This document shows positions 36,617-45,906 of a stretch of 64,000 bases of DNA, piece by piece. The notes under the pieces were generated by a model. It did not search any database and had not been told where the DNA came from. It saw only the letters and a program-made list of their open reading frames with translations. The stretch comes from an uncultured Chitinophaga sp. (lineage in GTDB: Bacteria > Bacteroidota > Bacteroidia > 2-12-FULL-35-15). Numbering within the stretch: position 1 is the stretch's first letter; every line of letters starts with the position of its first letter. Location of the stretch: contig CAZJUY010000004.1 in NCBI GenBank assembly GCA_964549315.1, positions 64,268 through 128,267 on the forward strand, in the 5' to 3' direction. The translations under genes and the position numbers were made by a program.

Positions 36617-37503
36617 TGCTGAGTAATAAAATTATTTACTGCATTTGAATAATTCTGAAAGCCCATAACCGTTTGTATGGTGCTGTGCCCTGCATTTGCA
36701 ATTCGATGAGCTTCTTTGTAAACTCCAGTGTAATTAGAATACACAATTTCTCCATGAGTACTAATACTTAAAAAATCATCAGCGATGCCATGTATCCAAA
36801 AAAATGGTTGTTGTACTTTTTTTATTTCTTCTCCATTATTAATTTGTAAATCTGTAACAGTTGTTCCAGGTAAAGCTAAGCCTGAAGCATCTTGCACCAT
36901 TACTTCTGCAGAGGCAAATGGTGCCTCTAGTATAAGTTTAGATGGCTTTAATGTGTAATTGTTTGCCGCTATTTTAGTTGCGGGAGCAGTTCCCATGCTA
37001 AATCCATAAATAACTAACCGATCATTTGTAAGGCCATTATTTTTTAACCATTTTAAAGCAGCATCCGTATCTGCATATAAACCAGTTTCAGTTGGCTTTC
37101 CTTCACTCATTCCGTAACCTCTGTAATCAATCATCAGTACACCAAAACGGTTTTTATCTCCAGTATTTGCTAATAATTTAGCACGCTGCCAATAAAAATC
37201 CATGTGGTCTTTATTGCCATGGCAATACATAATTACTGTATCGGTTGAAATTTTATTTATATCCCCAATATATACGGCATAAATTGTTGTTGCATCCGAT
37301 TCACCACTTGCTTGAGAAGATAACGTGAAAAGATGAACTAAACTATCAGGAATTTGATAGGTATAATCCAACCTAAAATCTACTTCGCCTGTATAATTTT
37401 CAAGTTTGTATTCTTTTAGTTTTGTTTGATTAAATAAATTATCATCTAAACGCAAACAACTTGAAAGAGTTAATGAGATAATAAGTAAAAAATATAGTTT
37501 TTT
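36613..37503 (-). CDS. Alpha/beta hydrolase lipoprotein
   Basis: It has a lipoprotein signal ending ...LSSC. GFSMG is a nucleophile-elbow GxSxG motif. The start is taken as MKKLYF. Confidence 0.6.
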   Translation of the reverse strand, partial: KKLYFLLIISLTLSSCLRLDDNLFNQTKLKEYKLENYTGEVDFRLDYTYQIPDSLVHLFTLSSQASGESDATTIYAVYIGDINKISTDTVIMYCHGNKDHMDFYWQRAKLLANTGDKNRFGVLMIDYRGYGMSEGKPTETGLYADTDAALKWLKNNGLTNDRLVIYGFSMGTAPATKIAANNYTLKPSKLILEAPFASAEVMVQDASGLALPGTTVTDLQINNGEEIKKVQQPFFWIHGIADDFLSISTHGEIVYSNYTGVYKEAHRIANAGHSTIQTVMGFQNYSNAVNNFITQH

Positions 37504-37510
37504 CATTTCG

Positions 37511-38176
37511 TTAAAATTTTCGTGTATAACCAAAATAAATTCCAAATGCACCATTATTTTTTAGCGGTGTTTGATAATCCACTACAATATTTTTGTTTGA
37601 TATATTAGGTGCAATAATTTTTGCTTCTATATTAAAATTCCATTTTGTTCCTGAAAAAGTATGACCTATCATTGGGCTATAAATCCAATTGTTTTGTTGT
37701 TTTTTTCCGTAAGCTTTTTTTGCTGAAAGCTCAAACCAATTATCTAAACCTATATAGAAAAAGTTTTTTCGTTTGCCATATTCCCAATATGCGTTTAAAT
37801 CTAGCTGAGGATAAAATTTATATGCTTTTTTATCGTGGTAAATAAAATTTATGACTGGATTAAAACTTAATGAAGGGAAATATTTTTTTTGTTTTAAAAT
37901 TTGTTTTGTTGCGCCAATTTCTAGTTGCAAATTTTGATATAATGCAGATGTAATATTAATACTTGCAAATCCAGTTAATGTGCTGTCAATTCCATAGCCA
38001 TAGGTGGCAGTTAAAAATGGAACAGGAATAGTTGCATTACCATATTTAATAAGTGGACCACCAAGAGCTAGATTTGCGGCATGCTGTTTTTTTGCTAAAG
38101 GCTTTACAAAATGGCTGGGTGCACAATTTTGTAAAAGTATAGTTGCAAAAATAAAATAGTAGAAGTGTTTTTTCAT
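37511..38176 (-). CDS. Hypothetical outer-membrane or lipoprotein (221 aa)
   Basis: It has a signal peptide ending ...LQNC. The composition is rich in beta-strands and aromatic residues. It ends in the C-terminal aromatic Y-T-R-K-F. Confidence 0.45.
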   Translation of the reverse strand: MKKHFYYFIFATILLQNCAPSHFVKPLAKKQHAANLALGGPLIKYGNATIPVPFLTATYGYGIDSTLTGFASINITSALYQNLQLEIGATKQILKQKKYFPSLSFNPVINFIYHDKKAYKFYPQLDLNAYWEYGKRKNFFYIGLDNWFELSAKKAYGKKQQNNWIYSPMIGHTFSGTKWNFNIEAKIIAPNISNKNIVVDYQTPLKNNGAFGIYFGYTRKF

Positions 38177-38193
38177 TTAAACTAAAAATAACA

Positions 38194-38472
38194 TTGCAAA
38201 GCTACCGTTTTATTAAAAACAGTTACCTTTGTAAAACAATAATTTATTGTAATTCAGGCATGCGCGATTTATTTTATACGATACTAGTTATTTGGGTTGT
38301 TTGGCAAATTGTTAGAAGTGTTAGTGCTTATAGCAACAGACAGAAACAAAATAATGGTTCTTCTAATCAACCCAAAAAACAGGGAGAAACCTCCGTTGAT
38401 TATATTCCTGAACAGAAAAATAAAATTCCCGATAGTGAAGGCGAGTATGTTGATTATGAGGAGATAAAATAA
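38194..38472 (+). CDS. Small membrane protein (DUF4834-like); likely start at MRDLFY (38260)
   Basis: It has a single TM helix, ILVIWVVWQIV, followed by an acidic C-terminus. Confidence 0.4.
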   Translation: MQSYRFIKNSYLCKTIIYCNSGMRDLFYTILVIWVVWQIVRSVSAYSNRQKQNNGSSNQPKKQGETSVDYIPEQKNKIPDSEGEYVDYEEIK

Positions 38473-38479
38473 TTTGATG

Positions 38480-39277
38480 TTATTCTTTCGTCATTTTACG
38501 CATCAATTTGTAAAATATTTTTGGAAAGTATTGTTTTACATAAACCGAAAAAATTTCATAACCACCAACAAATTTGTGATCCTTATTGCTTTTAATCGCT
38601 TTTAAAATACCATTAGCGCAATCACTTGCTTTCATTCCTTTTTCTTGTGCATCACTTTTTATTCCGTATTCAGTACCATCTTCTCTTAAAAGTTTGGTGC
38701 TTACATCCGTATTAATAAAACCAGGGCTTACAATTAAAACTTTGATATTATCCTTAAACAATTCTTGTCGAAGAGATTCGAAATATCCATATAAAGCATG
38801 TTTAGAAGCGGAGTAAGTAGAGTAGAGTGGCATACCATATTTTCCCATAATACTACTAATCACTACAATTTTTCCTTGTTTTTGTTTTTGCATTTGTTTG
38901 GCAACAGCTTTTGTAAGATTAATTGTGCCAAAAAAATTGACCTCCATTACTTTTCTATCAATTTCTGTAGAAGTATTTACAGCTTTAGTTCTATGTCCCA
39001 AGCCACTGTTATTAACCAAAATATCAATTTGCCCAAATTTTTCAAGAACCAAATCTACTTTGGTTTGAATGTTTTCTGTTTTTTCTAAATCAATAGGTAG
39101 AATAAGTATATTTTTCGAATCTATTTTGCAATTGTCAGCCACTCTTTTTAGTTCATTTTCTCTTCTTGCCGAAATAACAATTTTTGCACCCTCATTCGCA
39201 CAAGCGTAAGCCAATGCTTCACCAATACCAGAGGAAGCTCCAGTTATCCAAATTATCTTATTTTTGATAGAAGACAT
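38480..39277 (-). CDS. SDR family oxidoreductase
   Basis: TGASSGIGEALA is the Rossmann motif. The catalytic YxxxK is present as YSASK. Confidence 0.85.
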   Translation of the reverse strand: MSSIKNKIIWITGASSGIGEALAYACANEGAKIVISARRENELKRVADNCKIDSKNILILPIDLEKTENIQTKVDLVLEKFGQIDILVNNSGLGHRTKAVNTSTEIDRKVMEVNFFGTINLTKAVAKQMQKQKQGKIVVISSIMGKYGMPLYSTYSASKHALYGYFESLRQELFKDNIKVLIVSPGFINTDVSTKLLREDGTEYGIKSDAQEKGMKASDCANGILKAIKSNKDHKFVGGYEIFSVYVKQYFPKIFYKLMRKMTKE

Positions 39278-39389
39278 ATATTAAAATCAGATTGTTTTGC
39301 CAAAAATAGCAAATTGATACCGTTTGTGTAATTATTTAGGCTTAAAACAAACATTTTATTAAGTTTGTAATCCTTTAATAATCTTAAAA

Positions 39390-41231
39390 ATGAGAAATTT
39401 TTCGTACTGTTTATTTATTTGTTTTGGTTTTTTAATCGCATCCTGTGGCGGTAACGATGATAAAAATGAACTTAAAAATTATACTCCCGAACAAATAAAA
39501 CAAGAGTCAGATAAAGCAAATGCATTTTTCGACAAAGTATTTGATGATAAATTGGATAGAGATCCTATGCAACAATCATTGATGGGCATCAAAAAAGATT
39601 ATGATAAATGGACGGATGAAAGTGATGAAAATGCTCAAAAAGAATTAGAAATAACTAAAGCGAATCTAGATTCGTTACATGCCTTAATTAATTTTGATGC
39701 TTTAGATGAACAAGCAAAAATTAGTTATCGCTTGTTCGAAAATGCTTGTAATCAAACTATTGATAATTTCAAATGGCGCTTTCATTCTTACCCGATTAAT
39801 CAAATGAGCGGCATTCATACAGAATTGCCGGCTTTTCTAATTAATGTTCACACTGTTGAGAATAAAAAAGAAGCAGAAGATTACATTGCTCGCTTAAACG
39901 CAGTTAAGCCTTTATTTGATCAAGTAATGGTTAATCTAAAAATTAGAGAAGATAAAAACATTATACCTCCTAAGTTTGTTATTCCTTATGTGATAAATGA
40001 TTGTAAAAATATTGTGAGCGGAAAACCTTTTGACAATTCAAAAGAGATAAATCCATTGTTTGCAGATATTTCTGAAAAAATAAATAAATTGAATGATGTG
40101 GATGCTGCAACTAAAAAAGATTTAGTTGCTAAAGCATCTGAAGCACTTATTAATTCAGTAAAACCTGCTTACGACAATATTAGAAATTATTTTACTGAAT
40201 TAGATAAAAAAGCAACCACTGATGATGGTGCTTGGAAATTTCCTGAAGGAAATGCATTTTATGATGCAGCATTAAAACAAACTACTACTACAAATTTAAC
40301 TGCTGATGAAATTCATGAATTAGGATTAAAAGAAGTTGCTCGTATTCATGATGAAATGCGTGTGATCATGAAAAAAGTAAACTTTAAAAGCGATAATCTG
40401 AAAGAGTTTTTTGATTTTATGAGAACGGATAAACAATTTTATTTTCCTAATACTTCCGAAGGTAAAGAAGCTTATCGCGTAAAAGCAGTAAAAATTATTG
40501 ATAGTATGAAAGGTAAATTAGATGCACTGTTTATTACAAAACCCAAAGCAGATATTGTTGTTATGCCTGTGGAAGCATTTCGTGAAAAAACAGCCGGAGG
40601 TGCTTTTTATGAAGATCCTGCTGTTGATGGTTCTCGTCCGGGAAGGTATTATATCAATCTTTACAATATGGCAGATCAAGCAATTTATCAAATGGAAGCA
40701 CTGGCATATCATGAGGGAATACCGGGTCATCACATGCAAATTGCAATCGCACAAGAATTAACTACCGTTCCAAAATTTAGAAAGCATGGAGGAAATACTG
40801 CTTATATCGAAGGTTGGGCATTGTATTCTGAACTAGTTCCAAAGGAACTTGGTTTTTATGCTGATCCTTATTCTGATTTTGGTAGATTAGCAATGGAGTT
40901 GTTTCGTGCTGCTCGTTTGGTTGTTGATACGGGTATTCATCGTAAAAAATGGACAAGAGAAAAGGCTTTAGCATATTTTAATGAAAACACTCCAAATCCT
41001 GAAGGAGACAACAAAAAAGAGATTGAGCGCTATATTGTTTGGCCATCACAAGCTACGGGTTATAAAATTGGGATGATTACCATTTTAAAATTAAGAGAAG
41101 ATGCAAAACAAAAATTAGGAGATAAATTTGATATTCGTGAATTTCATGATGTAGTATTAACTTCTGGTCCTGTTCCAATGAATGTGCTTGAAGAAATGGT
41201 AAATTCTTGGGTGGAAAAGAAAAGTAAGTAG
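39390..41231 (+). CDS. DUF885 family lipoprotein (gluzincin-like, HExxH...H)
   Basis: The lipobox is LIASCGG. YHEGIPGHHMQIA matches the DUF885 metal-binding motif. Confidence 0.7.
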   Translation: MRNFSYCLFICFGFLIASCGGNDDKNELKNYTPEQIKQESDKANAFFDKVFDDKLDRDPMQQSLMGIKKDYDKWTDESDENAQKELEITKANLDSLHALINFDALDEQAKISYRLFENACNQTIDNFKWRFHSYPINQMSGIHTELPAFLINVHTVENKKEAEDYIARLNAVKPLFDQVMVNLKIREDKNIIPPKFVIPYVINDCKNIVSGKPFDNSKEINPLFADISEKINKLNDVDAATKKDLVAKASEALINSVKPAYDNIRNYFTELDKKATTDDGAWKFPEGNAFYDAALKQTTTTNLTADEIHELGLKEVARIHDEMRVIMKKVNFKSDNLKEFFDFMRTDKQFYFPNTSEGKEAYRVKAVKIIDSMKGKLDALFITKPKADIVVMPVEAFREKTAGGAFYEDPAVDGSRPGRYYINLYNMADQAIYQMEALAYHEGIPGHHMQIAIAQELTTVPKFRKHGGNTAYIEGWALYSELVPKELGFYADPYSDFGRLAMELFRAARLVVDTGIHRKKWTREKALAYFNENTPNPEGDNKKEIERYIVWPSQATGYKIGMITILKLREDAKQKLGDKFDIREFHDVVLTSGPVPMNVLEEMVNSWVEKKSK

Positions 41232-41262
41232 TAGTATAATTTTTGTCAATTTATTGTGTGTT

Positions 41263-41290
41263 TGTCAGTTCGAGCGTAGTCGAGAACGTG
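41263..41290. repeat. Left 28-bp inverted repeat flanking the GIY-YIG gene
   Basis: The reverse complement of tgtcagttcgagcgtagtcgagaacgtg matches 41652-41679 at 26 of 28 positions. Confidence 0.7.
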
Positions 41291-41316
41291 GGAAGTATAG
41301 AGAATGAAATATTTAT

Positions 41317-41643
41317 ATGAATCCTTTTAAGCATTTATATGTATATATTTTAGTTTGTTCTGATAATAGTTTTTATACTGGAGTTACAAATAATCCAGAA
41401 AAAAGATTAGAACAGCATAGCTTGGGGGTAAATAAGGATTGTTATACTTTTTCAAGAAGACCCTTAAAAATGGTTTATTGTGAGAAGTTTGCTGACTATA
41501 ATTTAGCTATAGAATGGGAAAAGCGAATAAAAAATTGGAGTAGAAAAAAGAAAGAAGCGTTAATAACAGAAAATTGGTCGGTATTAAAAATAGAGGCGGA
41601 ATGCAAAAATAAAACTTCTTATAAAAATTATAAAAAACAATAA
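41317..41643 (+). CDS. GIY-YIG nuclease family protein (108 aa)
   Basis: LYVYILVCSDNSFYTGVTNNPEKRLEQH contains the GIY...YTG motif with the catalytic R and E. Confidence 0.8.
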   Translation: MNPFKHLYVYILVCSDNSFYTGVTNNPEKRLEQHSLGVNKDCYTFSRRPLKMVYCEKFADYNLAIEWEKRIKNWSRKKKEALITENWSVLKIEAECKNKTSYKNYKKQ

Positions 41644-41651
41644 ACCAAACG

Positions 41652-41679
41652 CACATTCTCGACTACGCTCGAATTGACA
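41652..41679. repeat. Right 28-bp inverted repeat flanking the GIY-YIG gene
   Basis: This is the partner of the left repeat at 41263-41290. The match is 26 of 28. Confidence 0.7.
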
Positions 41680-41713
41680 GCGCACTGGGAAATATTAAAT
41701 TAATAATACCATC

Positions 41714-42823
41714 ATGGCAAAAAAAGCAACAAAAAAAACAAAATCAATATTGACAAAAAATTCTATTGATTTTTTACATAAATATTTGAATAATGCCTCT
41801 CCAACAGGATTTGAAAGTGAAGGTCAAAAATTATGGCTGGATTATATTAAACCTTATACTGATGATTACTTTGTTGATAACTACGGAACGGCAGTAGCAG
41901 TTATTAACCCAAAAGCTGAATTCAAAGTTGTTATTGAAGCACATGCTGATGAAATTTCTTGGTTTGTACATTATATAACAAATGATGGTTTTATTTATTT
42001 AAGAAGAAATGGAGGAAGTGACCATATGATAGCTCCATCCAAACGTGTAAATATTCATACCGACAAAGGAATAGTAAAAGCAATTTTTGGTTGGCCAGCA
42101 ATACATGTTAGAGATGCTTCAAAAGAAGAGCCACCTTCTTTAAAAAACATATTTTTAGATTGCGGTTGTTCTACTAAAAAAGAAGTAGAGGCATTGGGAA
42201 TTCACGTTGGTTGTGTAATTACTTATGAAGATGAGTTTATGGTGTTGAACGATACATATTATGTGGGAAGAGCTCTTGATAACCGTATTGGTGGTTTTAT
42301 GATAGCAGAAGTAGCACGATTATTAAAAGAAAGCAAAACAAAACTACCATTTGGCTTATACATTACTAATTCTGTTCAAGAAGAAGTTGGTTTACGTGGA
42401 GCTGAAATGATAACTCAAACTATTAAACCAAATGTTGCAATCATAACAGATGTTTGCCATGACACACAATCTCCAATGATGAATAAAATTTCAAGTGGCG
42501 ATTTGTCTTGCGGAAAAGGACCAGTATTAACTTATGGTCCAGCTGTTCAAAACAACCTCTTGAAATTGGTTATTGAGGCAGCAACAAAAAATAAAATTCC
42601 TTTTCAACGTGCAGCGGCTTCAAGAGCTACAGGAACCGATACAGATGCTTTTGCTTATTCTGTTGGTGGTGTTCCTTCAGCATTAATATCCTTGCCTTTG
42701 CGCTATATGCATACAACAGTAGAAAGTGTTCACAAAGAGGATGTGGAAAATGTTATTAAACTAATTCTACAAAGCTTAAAAGCAATTAAGAATAACCATG
42801 ATTTTAAATACATTAAAAAATAA
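41714..42823 (+). CDS. M42 family metallopeptidase (glutamyl aminopeptidase-like)
   Basis: AHADEISW, RALDNRIGG, QEEVGLRGA and GTDTDA match the M42 metal ligands. Confidence 0.75.
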   Translation: MAKKATKKTKSILTKNSIDFLHKYLNNASPTGFESEGQKLWLDYIKPYTDDYFVDNYGTAVAVINPKAEFKVVIEAHADEISWFVHYITNDGFIYLRRNGGSDHMIAPSKRVNIHTDKGIVKAIFGWPAIHVRDASKEEPPSLKNIFLDCGCSTKKEVEALGIHVGCVITYEDEFMVLNDTYYVGRALDNRIGGFMIAEVARLLKESKTKLPFGLYITNSVQEEVGLRGAEMITQTIKPNVAIITDVCHDTQSPMMNKISSGDLSCGKGPVLTYGPAVQNNLLKLVIEAATKNKIPFQRAAASRATGTDTDAFAYSVGGVPSALISLPLRYMHTTVESVHKEDVENVIKLILQSLKAIKNNHDFKYIKK

Positions 42824-42846
42824 AAGGGCGAAAAGCCCTTTTTGTT
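42823..42846. terminator. Rho-independent terminator
   Basis: The hairpin aaagggcgaaaagcccttt is followed by a T-run. Confidence 0.65.
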
Positions 42847-42890
42847 TTTAATTTCTTATTTTAGCCTAAAGTTTTAATAAGTATATCTAT

Positions 42891-43757
42891 ATGATTTCTA
42901 AATCAAACGTATTTTTTTCTGCTATTATTATTAGCTGTTTTATTTCAGCTTGTAGTAATGAAAATAATTCTATAAAAGATATTGTTGTAGCCGATACAAC
43001 TTCAAATCAAACAAAAGATACTGTAAATAGCTTTACTCAGTTTAAATACGATATGGTGATTAGTAATATTCCATTTCCGTTTGAAATGCTGGATAAATTG
43101 TATGCTACAAATATTCCTTTTAGTCAAATTGCGATGAATCCTTCATCAAATGTTTCAAAATACAGTCAGTTTAATTCAAAAGCTTTAGGTTTAGGTGTTT
43201 ATGGTGCCGATTTAGCATATTCAGTTACGTACGAGCAATTTCAACAAATCGGCTCATATATTAAAAATACAAAAAAATTAGCCGAAGAATTAAATATACC
43301 AATGGCTTTTAATCAGGAGATGATGGATAAATATTCAAAATTTAAAGACAATAAAGATTCATTAGCAAAGGTGGTTTACGATTCATATACAGAAGTTGAT
43401 AAAACATTGAAAAATAATGAACGAGTTGGTATGGCAAGTCTTGTAGTAGTTGGAAGTTGGTTAGAAGGTTTGCATTTAACAACAAAAACATTTGTGAATG
43501 CTCCAAATCATGAAAATAAAAAAGAAGTATATGAGATTGTTTGGAAACAAAAATTGCATTTAGATAACATCATAAAATTATTAGAAGAATTTAAAAACGA
43601 AAAACAATTTGCTGAAATATTAGCTGATTTAACAGATATTAAATCTGTTTTTAATAACTTAGAAAAAGGTTCAGAATTGAACGAAAAAGAATTGATCCTT
43701 TTGCAGAAAAAAGTAGAAGCACTTAGAAATAAATTTATTGTAGGAATGGTAAACTAA
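42891..43757 (+). CDS. Hypothetical lipoprotein (288 aa)
   Basis: The signal and lipobox read FISACSN. The protein is helical and no family is recognised. Confidence 0.45.
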   Translation: MISKSNVFFSAIIISCFISACSNENNSIKDIVVADTTSNQTKDTVNSFTQFKYDMVISNIPFPFEMLDKLYATNIPFSQIAMNPSSNVSKYSQFNSKALGLGVYGADLAYSVTYEQFQQIGSYIKNTKKLAEELNIPMAFNQEMMDKYSKFKDNKDSLAKVVYDSYTEVDKTLKNNERVGMASLVVVGSWLEGLHLTTKTFVNAPNHENKKEVYEIVWKQKLHLDNIIKLLEEFKNEKQFAEILADLTDIKSVFNNLEKGSELNEKELILLQKKVEALRNKFIVGMVN

Positions 43758-44455
43758 ATAATTTCAAATAAATTATTTATACCAATTGTTCTTTCAACAG
43801 TAAACGCTTCAGCATATTCAAACCCTGCATCTCTTCCATAAACAGACATTTTTCCTTTTACAACATCAAAAAAGTTTTTAACCGAAATAGGTGATTCTGG
43901 TTCTTTAGAATCTGGATTGTAAAATTGCGATTTAAAAGCTTGTATTGCTTCCATCTTTTTATCTACAAAAGAACTTACATCCACCACAAAATCAGGTTTT
44001 ATCTGTTTATCTTGGGCATAATGATAAACAGCTTTAGGACGCCATGCTTTTTGATTGGTTTCAATTTTTATTAATCCACTATAAAAGCAAGCTTCAGAAA
44101 CTAGCTGAGCAGCTCTTCCATGGTCAGGATGGCGATCAATTACAGCATTACACAATACAATATCTGGCTGGTATTCTCTTAAAATTTGTATGATTTGTAA
44201 TTGGTGATCTTTATCGTTTTTAAAAAAGCCGTCAGCCATTTTCAAATTTCTACGAATACTAACACCTAATATTTTAGCAGCTTCTTCCGCCTCTTTCAAT
44301 CGCAATTCACCACTACCTCTTGTCCCTAATTCTCCAGCAGTTAAATCTAATATCCCACATTTTTTCCCAAGAGCGATGTGTTTCAATAAAGTACCAGCAC
44401 ATGAAAGCTCCACATCATCTGGGTGAACACCTATTGCTAAAATATCTAATTTCAT
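43754..44455 (-). CDS. bshB1: PIG-L family deacetylase, BshB1-like (bacillithiol biosynthesis)
   Basis: ILAIGVHPDDVELSCAGTL is the LmbE/PIG-L motif. The length is ~233 aa. Confidence 0.65.
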   Translation of the reverse strand: MKLDILAIGVHPDDVELSCAGTLLKHIALGKKCGILDLTAGELGTRGSGELRLKEAEEAAKILGVSIRRNLKMADGFFKNDKDHQLQIIQILREYQPDIVLCNAVIDRHPDHGRAAQLVSEACFYSGLIKIETNQKAWRPKAVYHYAQDKQIKPDFVVDVSSFVDKKMEAIQAFKSQFYNPDSKEPESPISVKNFFDVVKGKMSVYGRDAGFEYAEAFTVERTIGINNLFEII

Positions 44456-44479
44456 TTGAAAATGATTTATGACTCAAAG

Positions 44480-45253
44480 TTACAAAATTCCTACAATCAT
44501 TAATAGTGCAAAGATTAGTAACATTATTGCAACAAATTTTTGAAGAATATCAATGGTGATTTTTTTAATTATTTTAATTCCTAAAAAAGCTCCAGCAAAT
44601 GCCGAAAGTGTAGCTGCTGCTACAATTTTATAGTCTAAATGCTCTTGTACTTTCAGAATATTTGTTGAGTAAACAGCTAATCGAGTAATATCTATACAAC
44701 AAGCAATCGCGATTCCAGTTGCAATAAATTTTTCTTTTGATAAACCTGCTTTAATTAAAAAAGCACTTCTTAAAGCACCTTGATTACCCGATAATCCGCC
44801 AAAAAATCCACTTAAAAATCCGCCAACGGAAAGATATTTTTTATCGAATGTTATTTTTGTTAATGCTGGTAAAAAATCCATTAACACAAAAAATACAAGC
44901 AAAGAACCAACAATTAATTTTATAGGCATTATCTCAATCAGTTTATCAAATAAAATGTAAGAGTGAATAGTAGGAATGGAGGATAAATGGATTAAAACAT
45001 ATGCCCCTACAAATGCAGCTAAAATAGATGGTAAACCAAACCTAATAAAAACTTGTTTGTCGAAGTCTTTTCCAATTAGAACTAGTTTAAATATTCCGTT
45101 TAAAAAATGAACAATAGCAGTTAATGCTATGGCAATATCTATCGGAAAAAAAATAGCAAATACTGGGGTAAGAATAGTGCCTAAACCAAAACCTGAAAAT
45201 AAAGTTAAACCACTACCAATAAATGCAACAATACAAATTACAATGTAATCCAT
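44480..45253 (-). CDS. TauE/SafE family sulfite/anion exporter
   Basis: The 257-aa protein has 7-8 TM helices. G-rich motifs are duplicated internally. Confidence 0.7.
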   Translation of the reverse strand: MDYIVICIVAFIGSGLTLFSGFGLGTILTPVFAIFFPIDIAIALTAIVHFLNGIFKLVLIGKDFDKQVFIRFGLPSILAAFVGAYVLIHLSSIPTIHSYILFDKLIEIMPIKLIVGSLLVFFVLMDFLPALTKITFDKKYLSVGGFLSGFFGGLSGNQGALRSAFLIKAGLSKEKFIATGIAIACCIDITRLAVYSTNILKVQEHLDYKIVAAATLSAFAGAFLGIKIIKKITIDILQKFVAIMLLIFALLMIVGIL

Positions 45254-45257
45254 TCAA

Positions 45258-45803
45258 TTAGTAACCATTATTTATCCATTGTTCAATTTTTCCACCAATT
45301 GGCTTTTCATTTGAGTATGCAACATCTACAAGGTTTCCTTTATCATCAATCATGTATTTTTGAAAATTCCATTTTACAGATGAATCCATCTTTCCATTTA
45401 ATGCTTTTTCTGTTAGCCATTTGTAAACAGCATGCATATAATCTCCTTTAACAGAAATTTTTTCCATCATCATAAATGAAACACCATAGTTTTTTTTGCA
45501 AAACTCTTGAATCTCTGAGTTCGTTCCTGGTTCTTGCTTCATAAAATTATTTGCTGGAAAACCGATGATGATAAAATTTTTGTCTTTATAGGTTTGATAC
45601 AATTTTTCCAGTTCTTCATATTGTGGTGTATAACCACATTTTGATGCAGTATTTACAATCAATACTTTTTTGCCTTTTAAATCCGAAAAGCTAAAATCTT
45701 TTCCCTCAATTGTTTTTGCCTTTAAATCATAAAATGATTGAGGCGATTCTACAAAAGATAAGCTCATTACCGCTATTGTTAATACTGCTATTATGTTTTT
45801 CAT
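45258..45803 (-). CDS. Glutathione peroxidase (secreted)
   Basis: VNTASKCGYT is the GPx catalytic-Cys motif. FPANNF and WNF motifs are present, and there is a signal peptide. Confidence 0.85.
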   Translation of the reverse strand: MKNIIAVLTIAVMSLSFVESPQSFYDLKAKTIEGKDFSFSDLKGKKVLIVNTASKCGYTPQYEELEKLYQTYKDKNFIIIGFPANNFMKQEPGTNSEIQEFCKKNYGVSFMMMEKISVKGDYMHAVYKWLTEKALNGKMDSSVKWNFQKYMIDDKGNLVDVAYSNEKPIGGKIEQWINNGY

Positions 45804-45906
45804 TTTAAATGTTTTTGGTTTATAACACTACAACAAATTTAATGCTATTAAGTTTAAATTCGGGTTTAAATGAATAATTTTGTGTTAAATTTTAAAAACA
45901 AAGCTC

